Virus record (IMG/VR): IMGVR_UViG_3300042820_000065
Location: 4,934 to 68,933 of that record
Direction: 5' to 3' (one strand)
Source of the DNA: a virus
Length of the DNA: 64,000 nt
Shown: positions 28,379-37,763 of the stretch, piece by piece
Layout: every line of letters begins with the position of its first letter
Numbering within the stretch: position 1 is the first letter of the stretch
Made by a program: the position numbers and the translations under genes
The notes under the pieces: model-generated
What the model saw: the letters and a program-made list of their open reading frames with translations, nothing else
The model's database searches: none
What the model was told of the DNA's origin: nothing

Positions 28379-28407
28379 TGGACTGGGTCTACAACTTCCT
28401 GTAGACT
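28379..28407 (+). promoter_or_regulatory. SigA-like promoter of the conjugation operon with an overlapping palindrome
   Basis: TGGACT-N17-TAGACT. GTCTACA-N6-TGTAGAC inverted repeat at 28387-28406. Confidence 0.55.
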
Positions 28408-28429
28408 CTGCAACTCAACGACGAGGGAG

Positions 28430-28711
28430 ATGCCCATGCACGCCGCGACCATACTTGCCAAGACTCCGAATATTGACCTGAACAGCGGCATGGATACCGT
28501 TCGGCTGCTGGCGATTGCAGCGCTTGGTGTCGCCCTGATTGTTGTGTCCGTGGCTGCCGTCTTCACGGCGGGCCGCCGGGGCAACGCGAGCAAGGGCGCA
28601 AGCATCGTCGGGACCGTCGCGCTCTGTCTGATCCCGGCCGGACTCGGCACCGGCATCATCGCCATCGCCTTCGGTCGGGCCCTGATCGGTCTTATCGGCT
28701 TCAGCGCGTGA
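28430..28711 (+). CDS. Small hydrophobic T4SS protein (pilin/VirB2-like position)
   Basis: GAGGGAG RBS; 2-3 TM segments; first gene of the operon leading to VirB4. Confidence 0.5.
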   Translation: MPMHAATILAKTPNIDLNSGMDTVRLLAIAALGVALIVVSVAAVFTAGRRGNASKGASIVGTVALCLIPAGLGTGIIAIAFGRALIGLIGFSA

Positions 28712-29220
28712 GCCTGCGCCAGGTCGCCGATGGGGCTGCGAGGCAGATGAAACGGGTGTGGCTCGGGCCGAAAGGGATGCGTTGGCCGTTCGATGCGACG
28801 TTCGTTCAGTTCGGCGTGGGCGTGCTGTTCGTCGTGGCCTACTTCTTCCTGCTCTGGCTGGTCGTGCCGCCGGTCATTGCGGTCGGGGTGGCCGTGTGGC
28901 AGTTCAGCACCCGGCTGGCCCGCCTCCTCTCGGCCGAACATGAGGTGCGTACTCGGCGTCTCCTGGCCGGTTCCTGCTGGCTCCTGCTGGTCCTCCTGGC
29001 CCCGAACCCGTCCCTCTGGGTGTTCCCCATGCCGTTCTGGCTCGCCGGTCCGGCAGCGGCCATCCTCGGCGTCCTGAGCGTGCGTCAGGTCGGTCGCTTC
29101 ATCGACTGGAACCGGCCGGTCGGGTACTGGCTCGCGATGCCCCGGCGCGTCGCGGCCGGGCCCCGGCTCCGGCCGGAGCGAGAGATCAATCCCGAAGCCC
29201 TGCGACTGGAGGAATCATGA
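28708..29220 (+). CDS. TcpE/VirB3-like conjugation membrane protein
   Basis: W.GP..MRWPF..TFVQFG N-terminus, multiple TMs, immediately upstream of VirB4. Confidence 0.6.
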   Translation: MSLRQVADGAARQMKRVWLGPKGMRWPFDATFVQFGVGVLFVVAYFFLLWLVVPPVIAVGVAVWQFSTRLARLLSAEHEVRTRRLLAGSCWLLLVLLAPNPSLWVFPMPFWLAGPAAAILGVLSVRQVGRFIDWNRPVGYWLAMPRRVAAGPRLRPEREINPEALRLEES

Positions 29221-31781
29221 GGAGAGCGACGCCGAAGCCATTCATGCTCGCGCCGGAAACGAAAGAGATCATCGACAACCTGATGCTGCTGCGGGATGGC
29301 CGGGTGCTGGCCGGTTACCGCATCGGCATCCAGCGCTGGGACTACACCGGAGACGACGAGAAAATCAACCGGATCCAGTCGGCCGCTGACGTTTACGGTG
29401 CCCTGGGTGGCCGCTTCTTCCACGAGCGGGTGACGACCCGCCCGCATCCGGTCCGCGATTGGGCTGCCGCTCTGGACCGGCGCACACCCAACCCTCTACC
29501 TCAGGTCGATGGTTGCGACGAGACCTGGAACCGGCACCTGGCGCGGATGCAGGCCCGCATCGCCTCAACCGGTATGGACGACAAGTTGGTCTTCCGGTAC
29601 TTCAGCGTCGGGACCGTGTCGCCGAAAGCGCACCTGCGGGACGGAACTGACGATGCGGTGATGGCGGCCTGGGTCGAGGAACGACGCCTTTCCGACATCG
29701 TGTCCGGTTGGAACGGACGCCGGATGACCGTTCGGGAGCAGGCGTGGCTGCGAGCCCGCAGCCTGGCCCCCGGAGTGCATCCGGACGCGAAGAACTATGA
29801 CGGACCGTGGCGCGAATCGTCCCTCCCCGCCCTGTCGAATGATGTCCGCTGGAGCGAGGAGCCTTTCGACCGGACCGTTGCGATCCGTGCGTGGCAGGAC
29901 GGGATGCGGCAGGATCGGGCGGTTCAGGTGCTCACGGTCAGCCGCATGGACGACCTGCGCTACCCCGACAGCGGACTGGAGCCGTGGCAGACCTACGCCG
30001 AGCGGGCCGTCGATGCTGACGGTCGCCCGTTCGGTGTCGAGTGGTCGATCGTCGGGTATTTGAAGACCGGCCAGGAGATCAAGGGCGCGGCCGAGATGGA
30101 CCTGCGGAAGGCCATCTACCTGGAACAGGACTACCGCGATCATCAGGAGCCACCGCCCGCATCGATCGAAAAGGGTATCGGCGTAGCGAAATCCACGCGG
30201 GATCAGGTGACCGAAGGCAACGCGACGGTCGCGGGCCGGTTCGTCGGCACGATCAACGTGCTGATCTCGGGCGAGGCTCAGTATCGGGACAGGCGGATGG
30301 TCAAGTCGGCTGCCGACGTCGTCGAGGAACGGTCTGCTGCGTTCGTCCGGCTCTACTCCGGCAACGACCTGCGGATGGAATTCACTGCGGCGCGGCCACA
30401 ATCGACGAAGTTGATCGAGACGATCGTCGGCGAGCCGCACGATCGGTTCTTCAATCAGCAGCAGGTCAGGCTCGATTACCTCGCAGCCGGTCTCCCGTCC
30501 GTCTCTACCGCAGTCGGTGACGGTGCCGGTCCCTACCTCGGCTACACGCGGGGCGCGGCCCGGCGGCCGTTCATGCACGACAGCCATTACGCCACGGAAG
30601 GGCGCGGAAACCTGGGGCGTGGCAACAACATGTGGCTCATTGCCGGAGCGCTCGGGTCCGGCAAGACGATGCTCGCGGGTAGCATTATCTACCAGGCGGC
30701 CCGGCGGAACGAGCGGTGTATCTTCTCCGACCCGTCCGGCCCGATGGCGAAACTGTGCAGCCTGCCGGAACTCGCTCCCCATTCGCAGGTGATCGACCTG
30801 TTGCAGGGTGACGACGGAATTCTCAACGTTCCCAGTCTCATTCGCGAGCCATGGGCCACGGAGTACGACAAGGAAGGGGAATGGGGCCGGGCCGTCGACC
30901 GGGCCAAGGCCGAGCGCCGTGACCTCGTCGTCGACATCGCCCGCCGGTGTCTCGATTCGGATCAGTATGCCGACCCGACGACGCTCGCCGTCCTGAGGGA
31001 GGCGGCCAGGAGAGTGGACTGGTACGCCACGAAGTCGCTCTGGGATCTGGTCGACCAACTGAACCTGGACGAGTCGCCTGCGGCGCGCGCGGTGGCCGCC
31101 TCCCTGGCCGACGCTTCTCAGGCCCCGTTCCTGCGACTGCTGTTCCCTCCACGCGGCCGGATCGGTACGGCGCAACAGTTCTCAGTGATGGACAAGCGGT
31201 TCACGGTCATCTGCACGCCCGGTATCACCCGCGCTCCCGATGGCGTGCCCCGCTCGGACTGGACCGACAAGGAGAAGGGCGCGGACGCGATCCTGCGGCT
31301 GGTGGCCCTGTTCACGGACCGGCTGATCTATACCAAGCCCCGTGACGAGCGGTGCGTTGTGATCTTCGACGAGGCCGAGAGCCTGACCGATTTCGGCCCC
31401 GGCCGGGGCTTCCTGTCCCGGCTTGGCCGCGACCATAGCAAGTGGAACACGGCCGTCTATCTGTGCGTGAAATCCATTAGCGAGCAGATGCTTTCGGGGG
31501 AGTTGAGGAACTTCCTGGCCGGTGCCTGGGTCGGGCGGATGGCGAATATCGATGCCGCTACGGACATGCTGAACGTGCTGAACGTCGCGGATCGCAAGCA
31601 TGCCCGCTCGCTGATGCGGCTGTCCGAGTCGGCCCCCGGCGAGTTCGTGCATCTGGATGCCGACGGCAACGTCGGTGGCGTCCGGATCGATCTCGACTAC
31701 CATCCCCGACTGAAGGCCGCACTCCTGACCAATCCGATGCCCGATGGTGTCGACGGCTGGAACACGGAGGTGACGGTGTGA
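29217..31781 (+). CDS. virB4: VirB4-family conjugation ATPase (TcpF/ConE-like)
   Basis: 854 aa. Walker A AGALGSGKT, FSDPSG, Walker B VVIFDEAE, GRDHSKWN..V...SI and C-terminal LDADGNVG.V.ID match the Gram-positive VirB4 layout. Confidence 0.88.
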   Translation: MRRATPKPFMLAPETKEIIDNLMLLRDGRVLAGYRIGIQRWDYTGDDEKINRIQSAADVYGALGGRFFHERVTTRPHPVRDWAAALDRRTPNPLPQVDGCDETWNRHLARMQARIASTGMDDKLVFRYFSVGTVSPKAHLRDGTDDAVMAAWVEERRLSDIVSGWNGRRMTVREQAWLRARSLAPGVHPDAKNYDGPWRESSLPALSNDVRWSEEPFDRTVAIRAWQDGMRQDRAVQVLTVSRMDDLRYPDSGLEPWQTYAERAVDADGRPFGVEWSIVGYLKTGQEIKGAAEMDLRKAIYLEQDYRDHQEPPPASIEKGIGVAKSTRDQVTEGNATVAGRFVGTINVLISGEAQYRDRRMVKSAADVVEERSAAFVRLYSGNDLRMEFTAARPQSTKLIETIVGEPHDRFFNQQQVRLDYLAAGLPSVSTAVGDGAGPYLGYTRGAARRPFMHDSHYATEGRGNLGRGNNMWLIAGALGSGKTMLAGSIIYQAARRNERCIFSDPSGPMAKLCSLPELAPHSQVIDLLQGDDGILNVPSLIREPWATEYDKEGEWGRAVDRAKAERRDLVVDIARRCLDSDQYADPTTLAVLREAARRVDWYATKSLWDLVDQLNLDESPAARAVAASLADASQAPFLRLLFPPRGRIGTAQQFSVMDKRFTVICTPGITRAPDGVPRSDWTDKEKGADAILRLVALFTDRLIYTKPRDERCVVIFDEAESLTDFGPGRGFLSRLGRDHSKWNTAVYLCVKSISEQMLSGELRNFLAGAWVGRMANIDAATDMLNVLNVADRKHARSLMRLSESAPGEFVHLDADGNVGGVRIDLDYHPRLKAALLTNPMPDGVDGWNTEVTV

Positions 31782-33613
31782 GGCGCATCCGGATCGTCAT
31801 TCTCGCAGCCCTGGCTGCCGTCCTACTGCTCGCCTTCACCGCCCCGTCGGCGAAGGCCGTCGGCATTCCTGGGATCGACCTGTGTCCGAAGACGGCTCCG
31901 TTCGCAGCCTTGCCGAACGAGGGCCTGATCGGTGTGGTCGGTGAACAGCCGCAGCAGATCAGCAGTTTCAGCACATCGACCATCTGGTCAAATGGTGGAT
32001 TCGCCGGAATGTATACCACCCCATACGATCTCGGGTGCGCAGCGAACCCGGCGTCGTATCTGAAGTTGGGGTCGGCGAAAGCCAATGCGGCCACGACGAA
32101 CGCGATCCTCGGCGTCGGCTACATGGCCACGTCCGTCACGGACTCGATCGACCGACGGGCCTGGGCCCCGCAATGGATCGGTGCCTTCCTGGGCGACTTC
32201 ACGAGCCGAGCGACCGACGTCATCAGCACGAAGATCATCTATCCATTGCTCGGACTGGGCCTGATCGTCTCGTCCTGCTACATGCTGATCCGTTTCCGGG
32301 GCGGCAACGTGGCCGGAGCATCGTCTGCCGTCGGGTGGGTCTTCATCGTCCTGGCCCTCACCGCATTCGTCATCATCAGCCCCGTCTTCATCTCCTCCAG
32401 TACGCAGCGGGCCGGTGATATCGCGGTCTCGACTCTGAATGGTGGTGATAATGCATCGGATTCAACGACCGATCGAATCGTTGAGGCCGTCCACTATCAG
32501 GGCTGGCTACGCCGTACGTTCGGAACTGCCGATTCGCCGGTCGCGAAGAAGTATGGCCCGAGCCTGCTCGCGTCGGAACGTATCTCCTGGGCCGAACTCG
32601 CCTCGAACAACGATCCGGACGAGATCAAGGCATTGCGGACCGAAAAGGCCAAGCAGTTCAAGGAAATCGCTGCCAACGTCAAGGATGAGGATCCGGGCGC
32701 GTACCGCTGGCTGACCGGCGAGGCGGACGGTTCCGGCATCGCCCTGACGGAAACCCTGTACGCGCTGACGGCGTCGTTCTTCCGGTTCGCCGTCGACCTC
32801 CTGCTCGTCATGGCCACCATCCTGATCGCCATCCTCTGCCTGGTCTGGCTGGCCGGATCGCCCTACTTCGTGACCCCGTTCGGTCGGATAACCGCTGTCG
32901 GGGTACTGAATTCGACGGTCCGGTCGGTCGTCTACGTGCTTGAGGCGGCCGTCGGGTCCTGGCTGTTCGGGATCTACATGCAGGTCTCGATGCAGCCCGG
33001 CCAGAGTACCTGGTGGTCAATCCTGCTCCTGTTCGTCGGGACGCTGACGGCATGGACACTGATCCGGCCGGACCGGAAGATGCTCGCGCTGGCCACGATG
33101 GGCCATGTTCGCGGCCACGGCCGGATCGTCCGGCTCCTGACGACGATGGCGATGGCTTACCTCGGCGGTCGTACGGCAGGACGGGCTGCGGCCCGGCAGT
33201 TCCAGGAGGAGGAGGTCGACATCACGCCCGGCCGCAGCGAGGACTACGTCGCTGCTCCGCTGGGCCAGCCGGTCCACGTCCGGGTCCGGCCGGTCATGGC
33301 CGACGAGCGGGGCATCGACTCTCCGGCGGCTCCGGCGGGCGTGGTCGAGGGCGAGGTCATCTGGGACTCGGCGGACATGCCGACCCTGCCGAGCGGCGAC
33401 GTCTATCAGCGACCGCTCGCGCCGGACGGGCCGATGCCGACGCCTCCTCCGGCCGGTTCGCTCGGCGAGGTCGAGGTCTATCAGCGACCCACGCCGGTTC
33501 ACGAGGATGATCAGTACGTAACATGCCCTTGGTGCCACGGCAACGGCTGCGGCCATTGCGAATATGATGGCGTCATACCGAAATGGGTGCGGGATCAGGT
33601 GAGTCCGGAATGA
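31778..33613 (+). CDS. VirB6/TcpH-like polytopic membrane protein
   Basis: Signal-like N-terminus, about 7 TM segments, Pro-rich cytoplasmic tail; follows VirB4. Confidence 0.7.
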   Translation: MRRIRIVILAALAAVLLLAFTAPSAKAVGIPGIDLCPKTAPFAALPNEGLIGVVGEQPQQISSFSTSTIWSNGGFAGMYTTPYDLGCAANPASYLKLGSAKANAATTNAILGVGYMATSVTDSIDRRAWAPQWIGAFLGDFTSRATDVISTKIIYPLLGLGLIVSSCYMLIRFRGGNVAGASSAVGWVFIVLALTAFVIISPVFISSSTQRAGDIAVSTLNGGDNASDSTTDRIVEAVHYQGWLRRTFGTADSPVAKKYGPSLLASERISWAELASNNDPDEIKALRTEKAKQFKEIAANVKDEDPGAYRWLTGEADGSGIALTETLYALTASFFRFAVDLLLVMATILIAILCLVWLAGSPYFVTPFGRITAVGVLNSTVRSVVYVLEAAVGSWLFGIYMQVSMQPGQSTWWSILLLFVGTLTAWTLIRPDRKMLALATMGHVRGHGRIVRLLTTMAMAYLGGRTAGRAAARQFQEEEVDITPGRSEDYVAAPLGQPVHVRVRPVMADERGIDSPAAPAGVVEGEVIWDSADMPTLPSGDVYQRPLAPDGPMPTPPPAGSLGEVEVYQRPTPVHEDDQYVTCPWCHGNGCGHCEYDGVIPKWVRDQVSPE

Positions 33614-34122
33614 GAAAACTGGTCAATTGGATCTTCTACTCGAAAGAGAATCTGACCCTGGCCTTCGTTACCATGATCACCGTCATGGCCGTGGCCTTCC
33701 TGGTGTTCGTCCTGATCCAGATCCCGAAAGGTGGAGGGGCCGGTTCGCCCGTTTATCCGACCGCGACCGCCCGGCCCATCCACACCGAACTCATCCCGCC
33801 GACGACGGAGGCCCTGCCGACGATCACGAAGTCGTACGGCCCGTCCCAGCCGATCGCGCTGGAGGCCGCAGACGCCTTCCTCTCGCACGATCTGATCCGG
33901 TTCGGACGGGTGGCTCTGCCTGCTGCCGTTGAGGCCGTCAGCGACGCGCCAGAGCCTCCCGCTGCCGCCCGGGACGTGACCGGCCCGGTCGTCGTCCGCC
34001 AGGGCGGCACGACGCAGCAGACGGACGAGATCCCGACGTCCGGAGGCATGCTTCAACTGGTCATGGTGATCTCCGGCGGCCGGTGGCAGGTCAGCATGAT
34101 CCGATACGCCCCGCTGACCTGA
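33610..34122 (+). CDS. VirB8/TcpC-like bitopic protein
   Basis: Single TM, Pro/Thr linker, then an NTF2-like domain ending L.MV..GGRWQV. Confidence 0.5.
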   Translation: MRKLVNWIFYSKENLTLAFVTMITVMAVAFLVFVLIQIPKGGGAGSPVYPTATARPIHTELIPPTTEALPTITKSYGPSQPIALEAADAFLSHDLIRFGRVALPAAVEAVSDAPEPPAAARDVTGPVVVRQGGTTQQTDEIPTSGGMLQLVMVISGGRWQVSMIRYAPLT

Positions 34123-34166
34123 GCGGATAGACTGGGAAGCCCAGACCAAAAGACAGGGTGGACCCA

Positions 34167-34694
34167 ATGGCAATCGTGGCAGCGGACATCGTAAAGCGTT
34201 TCAGCGTATCGGCGGCGGCCGGTGACACGACGGCCGGAACAGCGGCCACGTCACTCGGCGACCAGATCTCAACGACCGCAATCACCGACGCGACGCTGAA
34301 CAACCTCTTCGACGACGTGTCCGGCGCGGAAGCGGCTGCCGGGATGGTCGACTACCGGTGCATCTTCGTTCTGAACAACCACGCCACGCTGACGCTGACC
34401 GGCGCGAGCATCACGATCCTGAGCCAAACCGCGCTCGGTGGCCTGATTGACATCGCGCTCGACAACATCGCCATCTCGGCGAAGGCCAGCGCATCGGCCC
34501 AGGCCGCAGCGATCGGAGCCGAAACCACCACGCCAACGGGTATCGGGGCGTTCGGGGCTGGCCCGCTGGCCATCGGTGATATCGCACCCGGTCAGGTGAA
34601 GGGCGTCTGGCTCCGCCGGACCGTGACCGCTGGCGCTGCCGCTCTGAACCCCGACGGCGTGATCCTGCGCATCTCCGGCGACACCCTCCCGTAA
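34167..34694 (+). CDS. Virion-type structural protein (gene 1 of fibre-like cassette B)
   Basis: MAIVAADIVKRFS..SLG.QIS..NNLFDDVSG.E..AG.VDYRC is a common phage hypothetical pattern. Confidence 0.55.
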   Translation: MAIVAADIVKRFSVSAAAGDTTAGTAATSLGDQISTTAITDATLNNLFDDVSGAEAAAGMVDYRCIFVLNNHATLTLTGASITILSQTALGGLIDIALDNIAISAKASASAQAAAIGAETTTPTGIGAFGAGPLAIGDIAPGQVKGVWLRRTVTAGAAALNPDGVILRISGDTLP

Positions 34695-34704
34695 GGGCTG
34701 ATCA

Positions 34705-36270
34705 GTGACGGCTCTGAGCAACACATTTGAGGGAGGCACGTCCGGAACCAACATCACGGTCGGGAACTCCGGCGGTGGTTCCGGCGACGCCTTCAGCGCG
34801 GTGTCGGTCGATGCCGCGTCGACCTGTGCGTTCGATACGTCACGAGCCGGTCATGGCCTTCAATCGCTGAAGATCGTCGGGTCGAGCAACACCGACTATG
34901 TAGCATGGACGATCTCGGGAAGTGCGGCTTATTTCCGCTGGACGTTCAGCGCTGATGCGGCACCGGCGTCGAACTCAAACATCTTCCGAATCCTCAACGG
35001 TACGACCATTATGGCCACCGTCAGGATCAACTCGACCGGGAAACTGGCGTTCCTCTACTCGTCTGGAACGCTCGGAGCAACCACCACGAACTCGGTCAAT
35101 CTGAACGGGACGTTCTTCCGGATCGAGATGTCCATCGACGCATCGGCCGGAAACATCACCCTCTACCTGTTCAACTCGCAGGATAGCAGCACGCCGACGG
35201 AAACCATCTCGGTCACGAGCAAGGCCCTGGGTGCAACGACGATGACGTCGGCCCGGCTCGGCTTCGTCGCGAACAACACATGGACGTGCTGGCTCGACGA
35301 TTTCGCCTACTCCGACGTCGGTTTGATCGGCCCCGTCTCATCCGGAACGGTCGTTACCTCCGACCTGGATCTCAGATGGCCGGTCCGTTCCATCGCGACG
35401 TCAGACCTGGATCTCCGCTGGCCGGTCCGTTCCATCGCGACGTCAGACCTGGATCTCCGCTGGCCGGTCCGTTCCATCGCGACGTCAGACCTGGATCTCA
35501 GATGGGCCGTCCGATCGGCGATCACATCGGACCTCGATACACGCTGGGCCGTCCGATCGGCGATCACATCGGACCTCGATACACGCTGGGCCGTGCGGTC
35601 TTCCGTCGTCTCGGACCTCGATACACGCTGGATCGTCAGGGCACTCCTGGCCTCGGACCTGGATCTCAGATGGGCCGTTCGGCATCTGGTCACTTCAGAT
35701 CTCGACCTTCGCTGGTCGGTTCACTCTGCCGTCACTTCAGATCTCGACGTCCGCTGGGCCGTGCGCTCGATCGTCGCGTCCGACCTTGACCTGCGCTGGG
35801 CCGTTGATGCTTCGGTCGGTGTCGTCAATTCCGATCTGAATCTCCAATGGGCGCAGCGGAACTCGGTCACATTCGACTCAGACCTACGATGGTCGGTGCG
35901 GGCCGCTATCGCGTCCGATCTGAATCTGTGCTGGGCCGTTCGGTCTTCCGTCGGTTCGGATCTCGACGTCCGCTGGCTAGTGACCGGTTCGGTCGTCAGT
36001 GACGCCGACCTGCGGTGGTCCGTCCGTTCGGTAGTCGTATCCGACGCCGATCTGCGGTGGTCGATTCGGTCCGTCCTGACATCCGATGCCGATCTTCGCT
36101 GGGCCATCAGGTCTTTCGTGCTATCGGAGTTGGATCTCCGCTGGCGTGTCCTGAACGATGGGCAGCGGAACGTCACCCTGGCCGCTCTCCTGGCCGATCA
36201 GCCTTTCACTTCTGCCGTCCTGGCGAGTCGGCCAGGACGGACTGCCACGTTAGGAGCCCAGAATGGCTAG
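34705..36270 (+). CDS. Fibre/adhesin-like protein: lectin-like N-domain + 19 x 14-aa repeats (gene 2 of cassette B)
   Basis: NTFEGG..W.DD beta-sandwich, then (T/V/A)SDLDLRWxVRSxx repeats. Confidence 0.7.
   Translation: MTALSNTFEGGTSGTNITVGNSGGGSGDAFSAVSVDAASTCAFDTSRAGHGLQSLKIVGSSNTDYVAWTISGSAAYFRWTFSADAAPASNSNIFRILNGTTIMATVRINSTGKLAFLYSSGTLGATTTNSVNLNGTFFRIEMSIDASAGNITLYLFNSQDSSTPTETISVTSKALGATTMTSARLGFVANNTWTCWLDDFAYSDVGLIGPVSSGTVVTSDLDLRWPVRSIATSDLDLRWPVRSIATSDLDLRWPVRSIATSDLDLRWAVRSAITSDLDTRWAVRSAITSDLDTRWAVRSSVVSDLDTRWIVRALLASDLDLRWAVRHLVTSDLDLRWSVHSAVTSDLDVRWAVRSIVASDLDLRWAVDASVGVVNSDLNLQWAQRNSVTFDSDLRWSVRAAIASDLNLCWAVRSSVGSDLDVRWLVTGSVVSDADLRWSVRSVVVSDADLRWSIRSVLTSDADLRWAIRSFVLSELDLRWRVLNDGQRNVTLAALLADQPFTSAVLASRPGRTATLGAQNG
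35356..36162 (+). repeat. Tandem 42-bp coding repeat, 19 units
   Basis: Units counted from the translation. The first units are near-identical DNA (tcagacctggatctccgctggccggtccgttccatcgcgacg). Confidence 0.93.
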
Positions 36271-36559
36271 TACGCTGACGCAATGGAGCCTTGCGGCCGA
36301 GACGAAAGAGTGGGTCGGCCCGATCACGGTGCTGGTCGATGACGATCCGGTGACTGGGTTCGAGATCGCCCTGACCGAGCCCGGAGCGCGGCCGACGACT
36401 TGGTCCAGCCCGACCGCCCTCGATGAAGGTCAGGGAGCCCTGGTCGGTGTCGGAACATCCTTCCCACTGGTACCGTTCAAGATATATACCCTCTGGGTCA
36501 GGTACACCGACAGCCCAGAGGTTCCGGTGCAGAAATGCGGAGAGATCAAGGTCTACTAG
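36263..36559 (+). CDS. Small beta-rich protein (gene 3 of cassette B)
   Basis: 98 aa; Y.LWVRYTDSPEVPV C-terminus, BppU-like. Confidence 0.5.
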   Translation: MASTLTQWSLAAETKEWVGPITVLVDDDPVTGFEIALTEPGARPTTWSSPTALDEGQGALVGVGTSFPLVPFKIYTLWVRYTDSPEVPVQKCGEIKVY

Positions 36560-36562
36560 CCC

Positions 36563-37450
36563 ATGAAGCCAGTCATCGCAGCGGTTATCGCCGCGCCGGT
36601 GGCTGGCCTTGCCGCCATCAGTCTCTCCCTGAGCCTGGTGACCGGCGGAGTCCCGAGTTTCAATGGGGGCGCCGTCGCTGCGCTGACGCATACGACATGC
36701 TCTGTCGGCGCCGGTCCTATGGATGGGCAGAAGGTCGCCGCTCTTGCCTATGCCGCAGGCTGGCGTGGCGAAGACCTATCGATCGCGGTGGCCATCGCAC
36801 GGGCTGAATCGAACTGGAGCGCTACGGCCAGGAACCTCAACGCCGACGGATCCACGGACTTCGGCCTGTTTCAGATCAACAGCGTGCATGCGTCGATCCT
36901 GGCCGGAGGCGACTGGGCCGATCCGGCTGCGAATGCCGTGATGGCACACCAGGTCTGGCTTGAAGCGGGAGGCTCGTTCTCCCCATGGGTCACGTTCTGG
37001 GACGGCACGTACCGACGCTACCTGGTCGACGTCACGACGTCCTGTACTGCAACGGATCCCGGAGCCGGTCCGCAGGGTGCTGACGGGCTGCGGCCCCGGG
37101 CGGAGAATGTGAAAGGGCTGGCCACGAGCCGCTGGGGAATCACGGACGTCGGCGGCTACTCATACCGTGTCATCGCTGGGACCGGCGTGCTGTCCGATCA
37201 CGCTGCCGGTCGAGCCGTCGACATCATGCTCGGGACGGACTACCAGTCCGCCGCGAAACGAGTCGAGGGCTACGACATCTCGCGATTCTTCGCAGAGAAT
37301 GCCGCAGCCCTCGGAGTGAAGTACGTGATCTACTACGACCAGATCAACACCGGGTCAGGTTGGCGTCCGTACCATCATCCGGGATGTGCCAACCCGTGCC
37401 GCGATCCGAACCTGGAACACCAGAACCACGTTCATGTGTCGGTGAAGTAG
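36563..37450 (+). CDS. Lytic transglycosylase with C-terminal peptidase-like domain (VirB1/CwlT role)
   Basis: N-terminal TM, AIARAES..DFGLFQIN (SLT), then SDHAAGRAVD..HQNHVHVS. Confidence 0.82.
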   Translation: MKPVIAAVIAAPVAGLAAISLSLSLVTGGVPSFNGGAVAALTHTTCSVGAGPMDGQKVAALAYAAGWRGEDLSIAVAIARAESNWSATARNLNADGSTDFGLFQINSVHASILAGGDWADPAANAVMAHQVWLEAGGSFSPWVTFWDGTYRRYLVDVTTSCTATDPGAGPQGADGLRPRAENVKGLATSRWGITDVGGYSYRVIAGTGVLSDHAAGRAVDIMLGTDYQSAAKRVEGYDISRFFAENAAALGVKYVIYYDQINTGSGWRPYHHPGCANPCRDPNLEHQNHVHVSVK

Positions 37451-37575
37451 GACTCGTCCAGATCGACTGGAATCAGATCGCCATCCTCGTTGACGCGATA
37501 TAACTGGTTGCCGTCATTCAGGATCTCGATGATCAGCCTGCCGATACGGATCAGTTCTTCGTCGCTCAGGTTCAC
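37432..37575 (-). CDS. Hypothetical protein
   Basis: GTG start overlaps the upstream stop; converges on the T4SS operon. Confidence 0.4.
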   Translation of the reverse strand: MNLSDEELIRIGRLIIEILNDGNQLYRVNEDGDLIPVDLDESYFTDT

Positions 37576-37763
37576 AGCGTCGCGCGGCCGGTCTTGGCGA
37601 GATCCCAGACCACGTTGGCGGCCTGAATCCACGCCTCCCGGATGGTTTCCGACTGTTCGTCGAACGTCGGCAGGGGTTCACCGTGAATCGACTTGAAGTC
37701 GACCTTCCGGCAGTAGGCCGTGTACGCGATACGGCCCCTGGATTCCCTCGTGGTGGTTGTCAT
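37572..37763 (-). CDS. Hypothetical protein
   Basis: GAGGG RBS; coupled; 63 aa. Confidence 0.55.
   Translation of the reverse strand: MTTTTRESRGRIAYTAYCRKVDFKSIHGEPLPTFDEQSETIREAWIQAANVVWDLAKTGRATL

Noticed and set aside
35356-36162. Regular repeats resembling a CRISPR array
   Set aside because: Units are contiguous 42-bp in-frame coding repeats without unique spacers, and there is no cas operon.
37719-37730. 12-bp match to the arm of elements A/B
   Set aside because: It encodes Ile-Ala-Tyr-Thr in a gene and has no partner arm or core; probably chance.
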